Positions 34,535-43,140 are shown, numbered from the stretch's first letter. The stretch: 51,860 nt of DNA from an uncultured Candidatus Saccharibacteria bacterium (GCA_964648335.1 CAZYLZ010000001.1:26667-78526), one strand, 5' to 3'. Notes: generated by a model from the letters alone, not told the origin. Translations and numbers: made by a program.

Positions 34535-34959
34535 GCGTGTGATTGGTTAGTCTTTAATGTAAGTACTAAGAGGATGCCGATGAGTATAAAGCCCCCGAGA
34601 GACATTGTCACCAGGTTTACAAAGCCGAAGTAAGTGGGGAGCGCTTGGGTGCACGAAACGCCCACCGAACATGGGGCATAGGCCTCGGCAAGGACCTTGA
34701 AGTACAAGAGCGTCTGGTACAAGGCCGCCAAGAAGCCGACTACCACTAAGGGGAGCCCATACCACGAAACATTTGGGTCGCGGCGGATGATGCCAACTGC
34801 GAGGATGGGTACCAAGGGGTAAATACCGATGCGCTGCCACCAGCAGAGAACACAGGGCTCGAGCAGGAGCACATACTGCGCGTAGAGACTAAAGAAGAGC
34901 GCCGAGAGGGCGACAAAAAACGATATATAGAGCGCGTTTTGCTTGATGAGATACATCAA
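34531..34959 (-). CDS. Disulfide bond formation protein B (DsbB/BdbC type)
   Basis: Four TMs. CVLCWWQR first Cys pair and a second periplasmic Cys pair (C..(x5)..C). Confidence 0.8.
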   Translation of the reverse strand: MMYLIKQNALYISFFVALSALFFSLYAQYVLLLEPCVLCWWQRIGIYPLVPILAVGIIRRDPNVSWYGLPLVVVGFLAALYQTLLYFKVLAEAYAPCSVGVSCTQALPTYFGFVNLVTMSLGGFILIGILLVLTLKTNQSHA

Positions 34960-35053
34960 ATAAGAGTATCACTACTTGCAATATTATAAAAATTATGTTT
35001 TAACTATTGCAGCTCGGTATCCTGCCGATGCTCATGGAACAAGGAGAGTCGTC

Positions 35054-35659
35054 ATGGCCACAAAGGTCGCAGGCGAACAGTACTACGACATTGACGGGCA
35101 GCTCAACGAGATCAAGCGGCAGCTCCGGCAACCGGCCGGGTACCCGTTTGATCCGAATCAGCTGCAGCAAGCGCTTCAGCTCGTCATCGAAGGGAAGTTC
35201 AGTGTCCCGTCTCGGCGCAGTCAATCAAGCTCAGGTGAACGAGTTGCGAGTCTCGGACTACCTCATAGTGGGATTGTAAGAGATCTTTTCTTTCAAAAGG
35301 ACTGGATAGTCTTTCGTGACGATGAGCACCTTCCTGACGATTGGGATCCGACGACTACGGTTCTTGTAAATACTGAGGGAGAAAGAATAGATCCCACTTT
35401 GCTTGAAGGATGCCAGTCTTTGAAGGGGAAGCGCCAGCTCGGTGCGCGGGCATTCTGGTGGTATTGGAATGATACGACCAAGATACCCAGGGAGTGGCGC
35501 ACCAAGTATGTCTGTTTCGATGCTACGGTCTTCTATCAGCCGGAGTACGAACAGTATTATGTGCTCTATCTCGATCACGAGAGCGGCTCGTGGGGGTGGG
35601 ACACCTACCGGACCGATGAGCCTCGTGTAAAGGGTACCTTCTCGGCCTGTTTGCCGTAA
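35054..35659 (+). CDS. Orphan protein (201 aa) with an aromatic/Trp-rich C-terminal half
   Basis: AAGGAG SD 7 nt before ATG 35054, with a terminator downstream. No motif recognised. Confidence 0.55.
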   Translation: MATKVAGEQYYDIDGQLNEIKRQLRQPAGYPFDPNQLQQALQLVIEGKFSVPSRRSQSSSGERVASLGLPHSGIVRDLFFQKDWIVFRDDEHLPDDWDPTTTVLVNTEGERIDPTLLEGCQSLKGKRQLGARAFWWYWNDTTKIPREWRTKYVCFDATVFYQPEYEQYYVLYLDHESGSWGWDTYRTDEPRVKGTFSACLP

Positions 35660-35682
35660 ACTCCCGTCGAATAGATCTTTTG

Positions 35683-35711
35683 ACCCCGCGTGCGCAGCAC
35701 GCGGGGTTTTT
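35683..35711 (+). terminator. Rho-independent terminator
   Basis: ACCCCGCGTGC (35683-35693) / GCACGCGGGGT (35697-35707), then TTTTT. Confidence 0.8.
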
Positions 35712-35850
35712 GTATTGATACACGAAGTCGAGATTTGATAAAATTGCAATACGTTGTATAATAGACGGAGCGCCAATCCGCCAGTGCATTAAGTACTGAA
35801 ATCTCTACACATCAACGGGCAATCAGGCCCACGATGTATTGGAGGATGGC

Positions 35851-36105
35851 ATGACTAATGGTCCGCGCACTGCTGCCGAGGCTCTCGCGCTCTACAAGGA
35901 GCTCGTGCAGTACGACGCAGAAGGTCTTGATGTAGATCTCGACGAGGCGTATGAGATCTACAGAGATCTTGCGTGGTTAGAGGCTGTCGAGGCCATAGCG
36001 GCCGAGACAGAAGGGCATGAGCTCGACTGCATGTGCTCATCCTGCTCCTATCTATCCGGGAGGCATCCCGACGACGATCTGCCGCACACGCCGCCGAGCG
36101 CGTGA
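35851..36105 (+). CDS. Small acidic hypothetical protein (84 aa)
   Basis: GGAGG SD 5 nt before ATG 35851, with a terminator downstream. C..C..C cluster (CMCSSC). Confidence 0.5.
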   Translation: MTNGPRTAAEALALYKELVQYDAEGLDVDLDEAYEIYRDLAWLEAVEAIAAETEGHELDCMCSSCSYLSGRHPDDDLPHTPPSA

Positions 36106-36126
36106 CGGACGCACTTATGGTGCTTT

Positions 36127-36153
36127 GCTGGCGACACGAGTCGCCAGCTTTTC
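36127..36153 (+). terminator. Rho-independent terminator
   Basis: GCTGGCGAC (36127-36135) / GTCGCCAGC (36140-36148), then TTTTC. Confidence 0.7.
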
Positions 36154-36179
36154 TATATATTGAGCCATAAAAGTGCTCA

Positions 36180-36208
36180 TTGACATTTGAGCCGGACTGG
36201 TGTATTAT
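36180..36208 (+). promoter_or_regulatory. Sigma70-type promoter of the DEAD-box helicase gene
   Basis: TTGACA (36180-36185), 17 nt, TATTAT (36203-36208). Confidence 0.65.
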
Positions 36209-36411
36209 CCTCGTTAAGGCCCATCTGAATCGTTCGCGTTTAGGCATCTCTCCTAAGTGTTCAAGCGGCAGGAAGCCTAGTGACTTCGTTGATTAACCAC
36301 GAGCACTACACGGTATTCCGTCGAAAGATACCGCTTGAATAGCAAGACTTTCAAGAATCGATACAACGTTAGTTGCATCTGATTTCTCAGGTCTGTAACA
36401 ATAAAAAGAAT
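36209..36411 (+). promoter_or_regulatory. Long (about 195 nt) structured 5' leader
   Basis: Long-range pairing TTCAAGCGG (36260-36268) / CCGCTTGAA (36331-36339) encloses a nested hairpin CGGTAT (36311-36316) / ATACCG (36327-36332). No ORF with an RBS. Confidence 0.5.
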
Positions 36412-37695
36412 ATGTATAAGAAAGATTTTAGCGGTGGACGAAGTTCATCGCGTGGCGGCCATGGTCGCCCATCGTTTGGAGGCGGACACCGCTCGGGTGG
36501 ACGCGGGTTTGGCAATGGTGGAGGCGGTAACCGCTTTGGCGGAGGTAATCGTGGAGGAGGCAACCGCGGAGGCGGTCGCGGATTCCAGGGTGCCAACATC
36601 GACATCGCTCGTTTTATAAACAAGACTAACGCGATCGTCGAAGAGAAGGCAGTCGAGTATGTCATCGAGCATCAGTTCACCGATTTCAAGATCGAGGAGA
36701 GCCTGAAGCAGAACATCATCAAGAAGGGCTACACCACCCCGACCCCTATCCAGGACCGTACCATCCCGCACGCCCTTTTGGGCCAGGATGTCATCGGTAT
36801 CGCTAACACGGGTACCGGCAAGACTGCGGCATTCTTGATTCCACTCATCAACAAAGTACTCCTTAATCCTAACGAGAACATCCTCATCGTTGTCCCGACG
36901 CGCGAGCTCGCGACACAGATCGAGGACGAGTTCCGTGGCTTTGCTCGCGGACTCAACATGGGCGCAGCAGTCTGCGTCGGTGGTGCCTCTATCGGTCGTC
37001 AGATCGACATGCTCCGCCGCGGACCGCAGTTCGTCATCGGCACTCCAGGACGCCTGAAGGACCTGATCGAGCAGCGCAAGCTCTCGCTCAAGTCATGCGG
37101 CACCATCGTGCTCGACGAGGCTGATCGCATGCTCGACATGGGATTCGTCCATGACATGCGTTACCTCATGTCGCTCATGCCCGAAAACCGTCAGACGCTC
37201 TTCTTCTCGGCTACCATGGCCGGCGAGATCGCAAAGCTTACACACCAGTTTCTCAAGAATCCGGTCTCGATCTCGGTCAAGACCCGCGAGACTTCGAAGA
37301 ACATCGAGCAGGACGTCGTAAACGTCCGCGGCGGAAACAAGATCGACATCTTGACCGACATGCTCGTGAAGCCCGACTTCAATAAGGTACTCGTATTCTC
37401 GCGCACCAAGCACGGAGCCGAGAAGCTTTCGCTCGAGCTCGAGCGACGCGGCATCAAGAGCGCGTCGATCCACGGCAACAAGAGCCAATCGCAGCGCGAG
37501 CGCGCACTTGCAGCGTTCAAGACCAGCCGTGTCAACGTGCTTGTCGCTACCGACGTCGCAGCACGCGGCCTTGATATCAACGACATCTCGCACGTGATCA
37601 ACTTCGATGTGCCAAATACCTACGAGGACTATGTGCACCGAATCGGCCGAACTGGTCGCGGCGACAAGCGCGGCAAGGCTTTGACCTTCGTTTAG
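36412..37695 (+). CDS. DEAD-box ATP-dependent RNA helicase with an N-terminal RGG/FGG low-complexity region
   Basis: Q motif, AxTGTGKT, PTRELA, DEAD, SAT, HRIGRTGR. The first 60 aa are Gly/Arg-rich. No in-frame alternative start before motif I. Confidence 0.9.
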   Translation: MYKKDFSGGRSSSRGGHGRPSFGGGHRSGGRGFGNGGGGNRFGGGNRGGGNRGGGRGFQGANIDIARFINKTNAIVEEKAVEYVIEHQFTDFKIEESLKQNIIKKGYTTPTPIQDRTIPHALLGQDVIGIANTGTGKTAAFLIPLINKVLLNPNENILIVVPTRELATQIEDEFRGFARGLNMGAAVCVGGASIGRQIDMLRRGPQFVIGTPGRLKDLIEQRKLSLKSCGTIVLDEADRMLDMGFVHDMRYLMSLMPENRQTLFFSATMAGEIAKLTHQFLKNPVSISVKTRETSKNIEQDVVNVRGGNKIDILTDMLVKPDFNKVLVFSRTKHGAEKLSLELERRGIKSASIHGNKSQSQRERALAAFKTSRVNVLVATDVAARGLDINDISHVINFDVPNTYEDYVHRIGRTGRGDKRGKALTFV

Positions 37696-37801
37696 AACTT
37701 CTAAAATCAGCGCGCTTCAGCGTTACCCTTCGCGACACATTCCTCATCGTACTCAAAGTACGCCTCGGAATCTCTCGCTCGGGATGTCTTGAATCACCAC
37801 A

Positions 37802-37839
37802 ACAAACAAAAACTCCCCGTTCGGGGAGTTTTTGTTTGT
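37802..37839. terminator. Bidirectional terminator (17-bp stem)
   Basis: ACAAACAAAAACTCCCC (37802-37818) / GGGGAGTTTTTGTTTGT (37823-37839). Confidence 0.8.
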
Positions 37840-37848
37840 GGGAGGGAA

Positions 37849-38268
37849 TTAGAGGCCAAGAGAGCCGGCGTTCTCGGGGGTCGCCTTTTCTACCACCTCG
37901 ACACCGCAGGCAAGTGATGCGCTACCGAACGCCGTCCATGCAGCGCGCTTGGCTGCGTGGAGCGTATCCATCGCGTCCTTGTTTGCTGCTTTGTACACAT
38001 TCCACGAGGCGGTGCGGGCCGAGCGTCGTGCCGAGGCATTCTCTTGGCCCCACGAGTTATGGAGCGCGGCAGCGCGGTCGGTAAGGGCTTTGGTCTGCGC
38101 CGAGCTAAAAGCGGCAAAGGCTGCCTGTGTAGCCGACTCACGCACATCGACGGCCTTCTGGACGCAAGGGAGGTCCATGGCCTTTGTGGCGGCTGCTGCG
38201 GTTGCTGCGAAGGCGCCAAGTGTTGCTAAGAGTACGATTCCTGTCGAAACGGATGCAAATTTCTGCAT
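37849..38268 (-). CDS. Secreted Ala-rich helical hypothetical protein
   Basis: Signal peptide from Met at 38268. Internally repetitive AAF/AAW helices. The tracked ORF to 38346 is an extension. Confidence 0.55.
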   Translation of the reverse strand: MQKFASVSTGIVLLATLGAFAATAAAATKAMDLPCVQKAVDVRESATQAAFAAFSSAQTKALTDRAAALHNSWGQENASARRSARTASWNVYKAANKDAMDTLHAAKRAAWTAFGSASLACGVEVVEKATPENAGSLGL

Positions 38269-38370
38269 AGTCGTATCTGAGAAATGATAAGCGCAGGGGA
38301 GTGTGCTCTGCGTGGGCGCAGTATACATAGCCGCCGAAATACGCACTATCGATTATGGATTGCAATACGG

Positions 38371-38406
38371 AAATTAAAATACGCAACACCCGCGAGTGTT
38401 GCGTAT
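38371..38406 (-). terminator. Rho-independent terminator of CDS 38410..38766
   Basis: ATACGCAACAC (38379-38389) / GTGTTGCGTAT (38396-38406). T-rich tract on the minus strand. Confidence 0.65.
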
Positions 38407-38409
38407 AGG

Positions 38410-38766
38410 TTAGGTGCCGCGTGGGGGCAAAATGATGCAGTATGTTACTGGCTGCGATTTTTTGTACCCGCCGTGGTCCATCTTTCCACACCAGTGTGCT
38501 CGTCCGTCGTTAGCATCTTCGGCGACGACTTTCTTTCTGTCGACGGTTATCCATTTTCCTTCGATTTGCAAACGGACCACGGGCTTTCCCGCATCGGTTG
38601 TCTCGACAAAGTCACTTACGGGACTGCAGTCTTGGTCATTACAACAGCTGGTTACTCCGTCTGGCATTTTGTACGGCGTGTAGTTCATACCGGCGATCTC
38701 ATGTGCAGAAACAGGTCCGGCAGTCGTCAGCAACACGGTCGCTGACGCGATGATCGCGAATCTCAT
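38410..38766 (-). CDS. Small secreted Cys-containing protein (CCxxxDC motif)
   Basis: Signal peptide ending VSA-HE. CCNDQDC motif plus two further Cys. GAGAGG SD upstream. Confidence 0.6.
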   Translation of the reverse strand: MRFAIIASATVLLTTAGPVSAHEIAGMNYTPYKMPDGVTSCCNDQDCSPVSDFVETTDAGKPVVRLQIEGKWITVDRKKVVAEDANDGRAHWCGKMDHGGYKKSQPVTYCIILPPRGT

Positions 38767-38849
38767 CTCGGCCTCTCTTTCTGGTTACCTGTAGCCACCT
38801 TACGCCCGATACAGAGGCTGTGCAACTTGTGGACGCCTGGTCGATGCGG

Positions 38850-38864
38850 TAGGCTCGATACATG
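38850..38864 (+). promoter_or_regulatory. Weak -10-like box abutting the start codon
   Basis: TAGGCT (38850-38855), 6 nt, ATG (38862). Confidence 0.3.
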
Positions 38865-40070
38865 ACATACACACCGAGCAAAAAAATATTAGAAAAGTAC
38901 GCCGACCTCATGGTCAACTTTGCCGCCGGCGGCGAGAAAGGCATACAGAAAGGGGACGTAGTGCGACTTACTGCTGGCGAGTCGGCCAAGCCCTTGTTCG
39001 TTGCTGTACGCGACGCGATTCTCAAGGCGGGCGGACATGTGCTGCCCCAGTACGTGCCAGAGGACATCAATCGAACATTCTATGAACTTGCGGGGAATCA
39101 TCAGCTCGAACACTTTCCGGCAAAGTACATGAAGGGGGTCATCGACGAGATGGATCATTCTATCTACCTGATCTCCACGACGAATCCGCACGAGCTCAAG
39201 GGCGTAGATCCGAGCAAGATCATGCAGCGTGGCAAAGCGATGCGGCAGTTCATGCAGTGGCGCAACGAGAAAGAGAATAACGGCAAGTTCACCTGGACGC
39301 TCTGCCTGTACGGCACCCCGGCGATGGCGAAGGAAGCGGGCCTCACCGAAAAGCAGTATTGGGATCAGATAATCAAGGCATGTTACTTGGACAAGGCTGA
39401 TCCGAAAAAGGAGTGGCGCCGCATCTACAAAGAGATCTACGCCATCCGCGACAAGCTCAACCTTCTCACACCCAAGATCGATAAGCTCCATATCTTTGGG
39501 CCCGATGCCGATTTGTACATAACGCCGGGCGAGAAGCGGCGCTGGGTCTGCGGCACCGGACGCAATATGCCGAGCTTCGAGATTTTTACCTCGCCCGACT
39601 GGCGCGGCACCAATGGGTGGATTAGGTTCAATCAACCGCTCTATCGCTACGGCAACCTGATAGAAGGAATCGAACTTTGGTTCGAGGACGGAAGGGTAGT
39701 AAAGAGTAAAGCAACCAAGAACGAAAAGGTACTCAAGGCGATGATCGCAACCGAAGGAGCCGACAGGCTCGGCGAATACTCGCTTACCGACAAACGACAT
39801 TCGCGAATAACGCGTTTTATGGCCGAAACCCTATTCGACGAGAACATGGGCGGCGCGCATGGTAACACGCACATGGCACTCGGCAACTGCTACCACGAGA
39901 CATTCGTCGGAGATCCGACAAAGATGAAGAAGGCAGATTGGGAGCGGCTTGGCTACAACGACTCATCGGTACATACCGACATAATTTCGACGGCTCCGCG
40001 CACCGTGGTGGCGCACATGAGCGATGGTACCGAGAAGGTGATCTACAAAAGTGGCATGTTCCAGGTGTAG
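38862..40070 (+). CDS. M29-family aminopeptidase (AmpS/PepS-like)
   Basis: N-terminal ...LEKYADLMVNF... and C-terminal HMALG...HTD motifs typical of thermophilic metalloprotease M29. Confidence 0.8.
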   Translation: MTYTPSKKILEKYADLMVNFAAGGEKGIQKGDVVRLTAGESAKPLFVAVRDAILKAGGHVLPQYVPEDINRTFYELAGNHQLEHFPAKYMKGVIDEMDHSIYLISTTNPHELKGVDPSKIMQRGKAMRQFMQWRNEKENNGKFTWTLCLYGTPAMAKEAGLTEKQYWDQIIKACYLDKADPKKEWRRIYKEIYAIRDKLNLLTPKIDKLHIFGPDADLYITPGEKRRWVCGTGRNMPSFEIFTSPDWRGTNGWIRFNQPLYRYGNLIEGIELWFEDGRVVKSKATKNEKVLKAMIATEGADRLGEYSLTDKRHSRITRFMAETLFDENMGGAHGNTHMALGNCYHETFVGDPTKMKKADWERLGYNDSSVHTDIISTAPRTVVAHMSDGTEKVIYKSGMFQV

Positions 40071-40134
40071 CGTGCTCGATTGATTCTGTACTTTGTGATA
40101 CGGTGCGGAAAGATTGCTACAGAGGAGGTTACCG

Positions 40135-40899
40135 ATGGCTACTTCGATACGAGAGCTCCTGCAAGAAGCAGATGACAAGCGCTCAGAGGCCGAGGCAGCA
40201 TTTGCTCAGGCAAAAGAAGACCGTGCACTGGCGCGTAAACGATGCGCTGACACGCACGATGTGATCAGGGACAGGATACTTGCGGGCGAATCAAGTGGTG
40301 ACGCAATATACGATCTTCTGATTGTGACAAGAAAGACAGATGAGTACGAGTACTTCGTCAGCGCCTATCGTGCGGCCGAAGAATCTCTGCGTGGACATGT
40401 CGGCGAATACGTAGTCCATGTCGTCGACAGGATAGAAGATGAGCGCATACGCCATGTCTTTGGCCGAGGGTGGGAGACGCGCGTTCGGCAGGTTTGTGAT
40501 ATCTTCGTCGGTATCTTAGATTCCGAGAAGTTGGTCGTCGACCTTTCTAAAAAGAGCGTCTCTCTGGTGACGTCAGGGCATGCGTACCTCTCATGGTCTG
40601 AGATGGGACTGTATGTGAACGTCGGATGGAGTAAAGACCATTTGCCACTCTCATTTCATCTCGTACCCACTGACGCGCGCCGTGAGAAGATGCAGAATTA
40701 TGGACGGTATACGGGACGCGTCGGCGCGCGGCTCTTTGCAGGTGACGATGCGATTGCCGCGTGGCAAGGGGCAAACATCGACACCTTTGGTCTGCATCAC
40801 CTGCATGCACTGAGGGATGTAAAGAAACATCTGGCCCATATCGGGATCCCGTTTCCGACCAAAATCGGAAAGCCAAAACAAGAGCCGATTTTGTATTAA
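40135..40899 (+). CDS. Orphan hypothetical protein (254 aa)
   Basis: GGAGG SD 6 nt before ATG 40135, with a terminator downstream. No motif recognised. Confidence 0.55.
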   Translation: MATSIRELLQEADDKRSEAEAAFAQAKEDRALARKRCADTHDVIRDRILAGESSGDAIYDLLIVTRKTDEYEYFVSAYRAAEESLRGHVGEYVVHVVDRIEDERIRHVFGRGWETRVRQVCDIFVGILDSEKLVVDLSKKSVSLVTSGHAYLSWSEMGLYVNVGWSKDHLPLSFHLVPTDARREKMQNYGRYTGRVGARLFAGDDAIAAWQGANIDTFGLHHLHALRDVKKHLAHIGIPFPTKIGKPKQEPILY

Positions 40900-40904
40900 G
40901 TTCT

Positions 40905-40934
40905 AACAGCGGCACGTCGGTGCCGCTGTTTTTA
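40905..40934 (+). terminator. Rho-independent terminator
   Basis: AACAGCGGCAC (40905-40915) / GTGCCGCTGTT (40920-40930), then TTT. Confidence 0.8.
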
Positions 40935-40956
40935 ATCGTCGACGAATATGGTGGGG

Positions 40957-40971
40957 TATACTGTCGCAATG
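40957..40971 (+). promoter_or_regulatory. -10 box abutting the start codon (candidate leaderless promoter)
   Basis: TATACT (40957-40962), 6 nt, ATG (40969). Confidence 0.55.
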
Positions 40972-41523
40972 GAAACAGCAGTCTTTGGTGGCGGGTGTTT
41001 TTGGTGTACCGAGGCGGTGTATAAGATGCTCAGGGGCGTCTCGGCGGTTGCCCCTGGGTACACCGGCGGCGCAGTCGATCATCCGATCTACGAACAGGTA
41101 TGCACAGGCACTACGGGGCATGCCGAAGTTATAAAGGTCGACTACGACCCGAAAGAAGTGACGTATCGTGATCTTCTCACTATCTTCTTCGCGTCGCACG
41201 ACCCGACCCAGCTCAACCGCCAAGGTGCCGACGTCGGCACACAATACCGTTCTGCCGTCTTTTATACGACCGAAGAGCAAAAGGCCGAGGCCGAGAAGTT
41301 TGTCGCGGAGCTCAACGACGCACCAGGAGGGAAGGCAATCACCGAAGTCGTGCCATTGGGTACCTTTTGGCCGGCCGAGGGCTACCACAAGGATTACTAC
41401 GAGCGAAACCAAGACGCCGCTTATTGCCAGATCGTCATAAACCCAAAGCTCGAGAAAGTGCAGGAGCGGTATGAGGCACTTTTGAAAGAGGCATACCGGA
41501 GCAAGAAGCAGGCAAACCCATAG
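40969..41523 (+). CDS. msrA: Peptide-methionine (S)-S-oxide reductase MsrA
   Basis: GGGCFWC active-site motif close to the N-terminus. GHAEV, YHKDYY. Confidence 0.95.
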   Translation: METAVFGGGCFWCTEAVYKMLRGVSAVAPGYTGGAVDHPIYEQVCTGTTGHAEVIKVDYDPKEVTYRDLLTIFFASHDPTQLNRQGADVGTQYRSAVFYTTEEQKAEAEKFVAELNDAPGGKAITEVVPLGTFWPAEGYHKDYYERNQDAAYCQIVINPKLEKVQERYEALLKEAYRSKKQANP

Positions 41524-41575
41524 ATCTCGGTTTCTACAAGTTGTTTTTTTGCCCCAGGGTGCGAAAATAAGGTGG

Positions 41576-42040
41576 ATGAAGCCATTCCTCACTCTTTTGG
41601 TCGTGGTGCTTGCTATAGCAGGCGGCTTTTGGCTTATCGGACGCAACGATACGACACCTCCCGACGTGGTGTATAACGCGACTACGACTCCTACCGTATC
41701 GCAAGAGAAATACGTAAACGCCACCGCATCCGACATATCGGTAGCCTCCCCTGCAACAGGCTCGCTCGTACCAGTGCAGTTTGATGTTACTGGGGTTGCA
41801 AAGGGGTGGTACTTTGAAGCGAGCTTTCCTATAGAAGTGCAAGACATGAACGGCAAAGTCGTGACACAGACACCGGCACAGGCACAAGGAGATTGGATGA
41901 CGACACGTCCGGTACCATTTAAGGCATCAATTATCGTCAAAGATTTCCATGGACCTGCGATGCTGGTACTCAAGAAAGATAATCCGTCGGGAGACCCCGA
42001 GAGAGACGCAAGTTATTCGATGCCTATACTAGTGCAATAA
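41576..42040 (+). CDS. Membrane-anchored Gmad2 immunoglobulin-like domain protein
   Basis: N-terminal TM. GWYFEASFPIEV...A.A.GDWMT....PF pattern of Gmad2 domains. Confidence 0.65.
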   Translation: MKPFLTLLVVVLAIAGGFWLIGRNDTTPPDVVYNATTTPTVSQEKYVNATASDISVASPATGSLVPVQFDVTGVAKGWYFEASFPIEVQDMNGKVVTQTPAQAQGDWMTTRPVPFKASIIVKDFHGPAMLVLKKDNPSGDPERDASYSMPILVQ

Positions 42041-42042
42041 AC

Positions 42043-42369
42043 ATGTCATTTGAACGAAAACATCATAACGATAATCCTGAACACGAGGCTGGACGTGCGG
42101 AAGTAATCGACGAATTGACTACCGCTATCAGCCAGGCCGCTATCCTGCGCGGTAATGTGGCGAATTTGGTCAATCTGCAATCCACTGCAGATGCTGTCAT
42201 GGCGCCGGTCATCGCTATGGAAAAACTTCGCATGGAGGCTCTCTCGCTCGCTTCGTCCAAAACACCGAAGTCCGAGATAGATCGCATACTCAGCGAGCTT
42301 ACCGAAGCTATGAACAACGTCCGCTCGGTTGTGACGAAGACACAGTCTGAAGATACGCCGGCAGCATAG
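42043..42369 (+). CDS. Hypothetical helical protein (108 aa)
   Basis: ORF starts 3 nt after the previous stop. No motif. Confidence 0.5.
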   Translation: MSFERKHHNDNPEHEAGRAEVIDELTTAISQAAILRGNVANLVNLQSTADAVMAPVIAMEKLRMEALSLASSKTPKSEIDRILSELTEAMNNVRSVVTKTQSEDTPAA

Positions 42370-42378
42370 ACTTGTAGT

Positions 42379-43059
42379 ATGACGGTCGATGTGCGCAAGC
42401 GAGAACGGATGCAGCGCATCGTACGCTACCTCAAAAAGACCTACGGCGAGCCCAAAACGGAGCTTTCCTACACGAAAGACTACGAGCTGTTATATGCCGT
42501 CATGTTGAGCGCCCAGTGCACTGACAAGCGGGTGAACATGGTAACACCCGCTCTTTTCAAGAAGTATCCGACGCTCGAGGCGTTTGCAAGCGCTAAACTT
42601 GCAGATCTGCGGCGCGATATCTCTTCAATCAGCTTTCCTAACAACAAAGCGATGCACATGATCGAGACTGCCAACATCCTCATCAATAATTTTGCCGGGA
42701 AGGTACCCAGAGCGATCCCGGATCTCCTGACTCTCAAGGGGGTTGCGCGCAAGACCGCTAACGTAGTTCGTGGCGAGCTGTTTGACGAGTGGGACGGTAT
42801 CGCTATCGACACCCACGTAAAGCGCTTTGCACGCAAGTTTGATATTTCGCATGCAAAATCGGCCGATGCTATGGAGCGCGAGCTCATGGCGCTCGTTCCG
42901 AAAAAAGATTGGAAGTACGTGAATAACGGATGGGTGCTCTATGGCCGCTATGTCTGTACCGCCATAAAGCATGACTGCACAGTGCACGGGCTTACCAAGC
43001 TGTGGCCCGAAGCAGCGCATCGCTGGCCACGCAGCGATGCTGGAAAGGGGAGGGACTAA
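42379..43059 (+). CDS. nth: Endonuclease III (Nth) homologue lacking a complete [4Fe-4S] Cys motif
   Basis: HhH-GPD: LKGVARKTANVV with catalytic Lys, IAIDTHV catalytic Asp. The C-terminal loop reads C-x6-C-x2-H-x5-W. Confidence 0.85.
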   Translation: MTVDVRKRERMQRIVRYLKKTYGEPKTELSYTKDYELLYAVMLSAQCTDKRVNMVTPALFKKYPTLEAFASAKLADLRRDISSISFPNNKAMHMIETANILINNFAGKVPRAIPDLLTLKGVARKTANVVRGELFDEWDGIAIDTHVKRFARKFDISHAKSADAMERELMALVPKKDWKYVNNGWVLYGRYVCTAIKHDCTVHGLTKLWPEAAHRWPRSDAGKGRD

Positions 43060-43140
43060 AAAGCAATCAAGGCGCTTTTTAGAAGTTTTCCCGTGTAGGA
43101 GATCAGCGAGTCTGCGAGCGTTAAGAACCGTGGGTTCTTA

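Noticed and set aside
36387-36665. Pro-rich 92-aa antisense ORF (and the similar + strand ORF 49194..49676)
   Set aside because: These are mirror-image frames of the GGN/CGN-rich RGG coding tracts of the helicase and RNase J. They are artefacts of the repeat composition.
40903-41973. 356-aa minus-strand ORF
   Set aside because: It is antisense to msrA and the Gmad2-domain gene. The msrA active site GGGCFWC fixes the + strand as coding.
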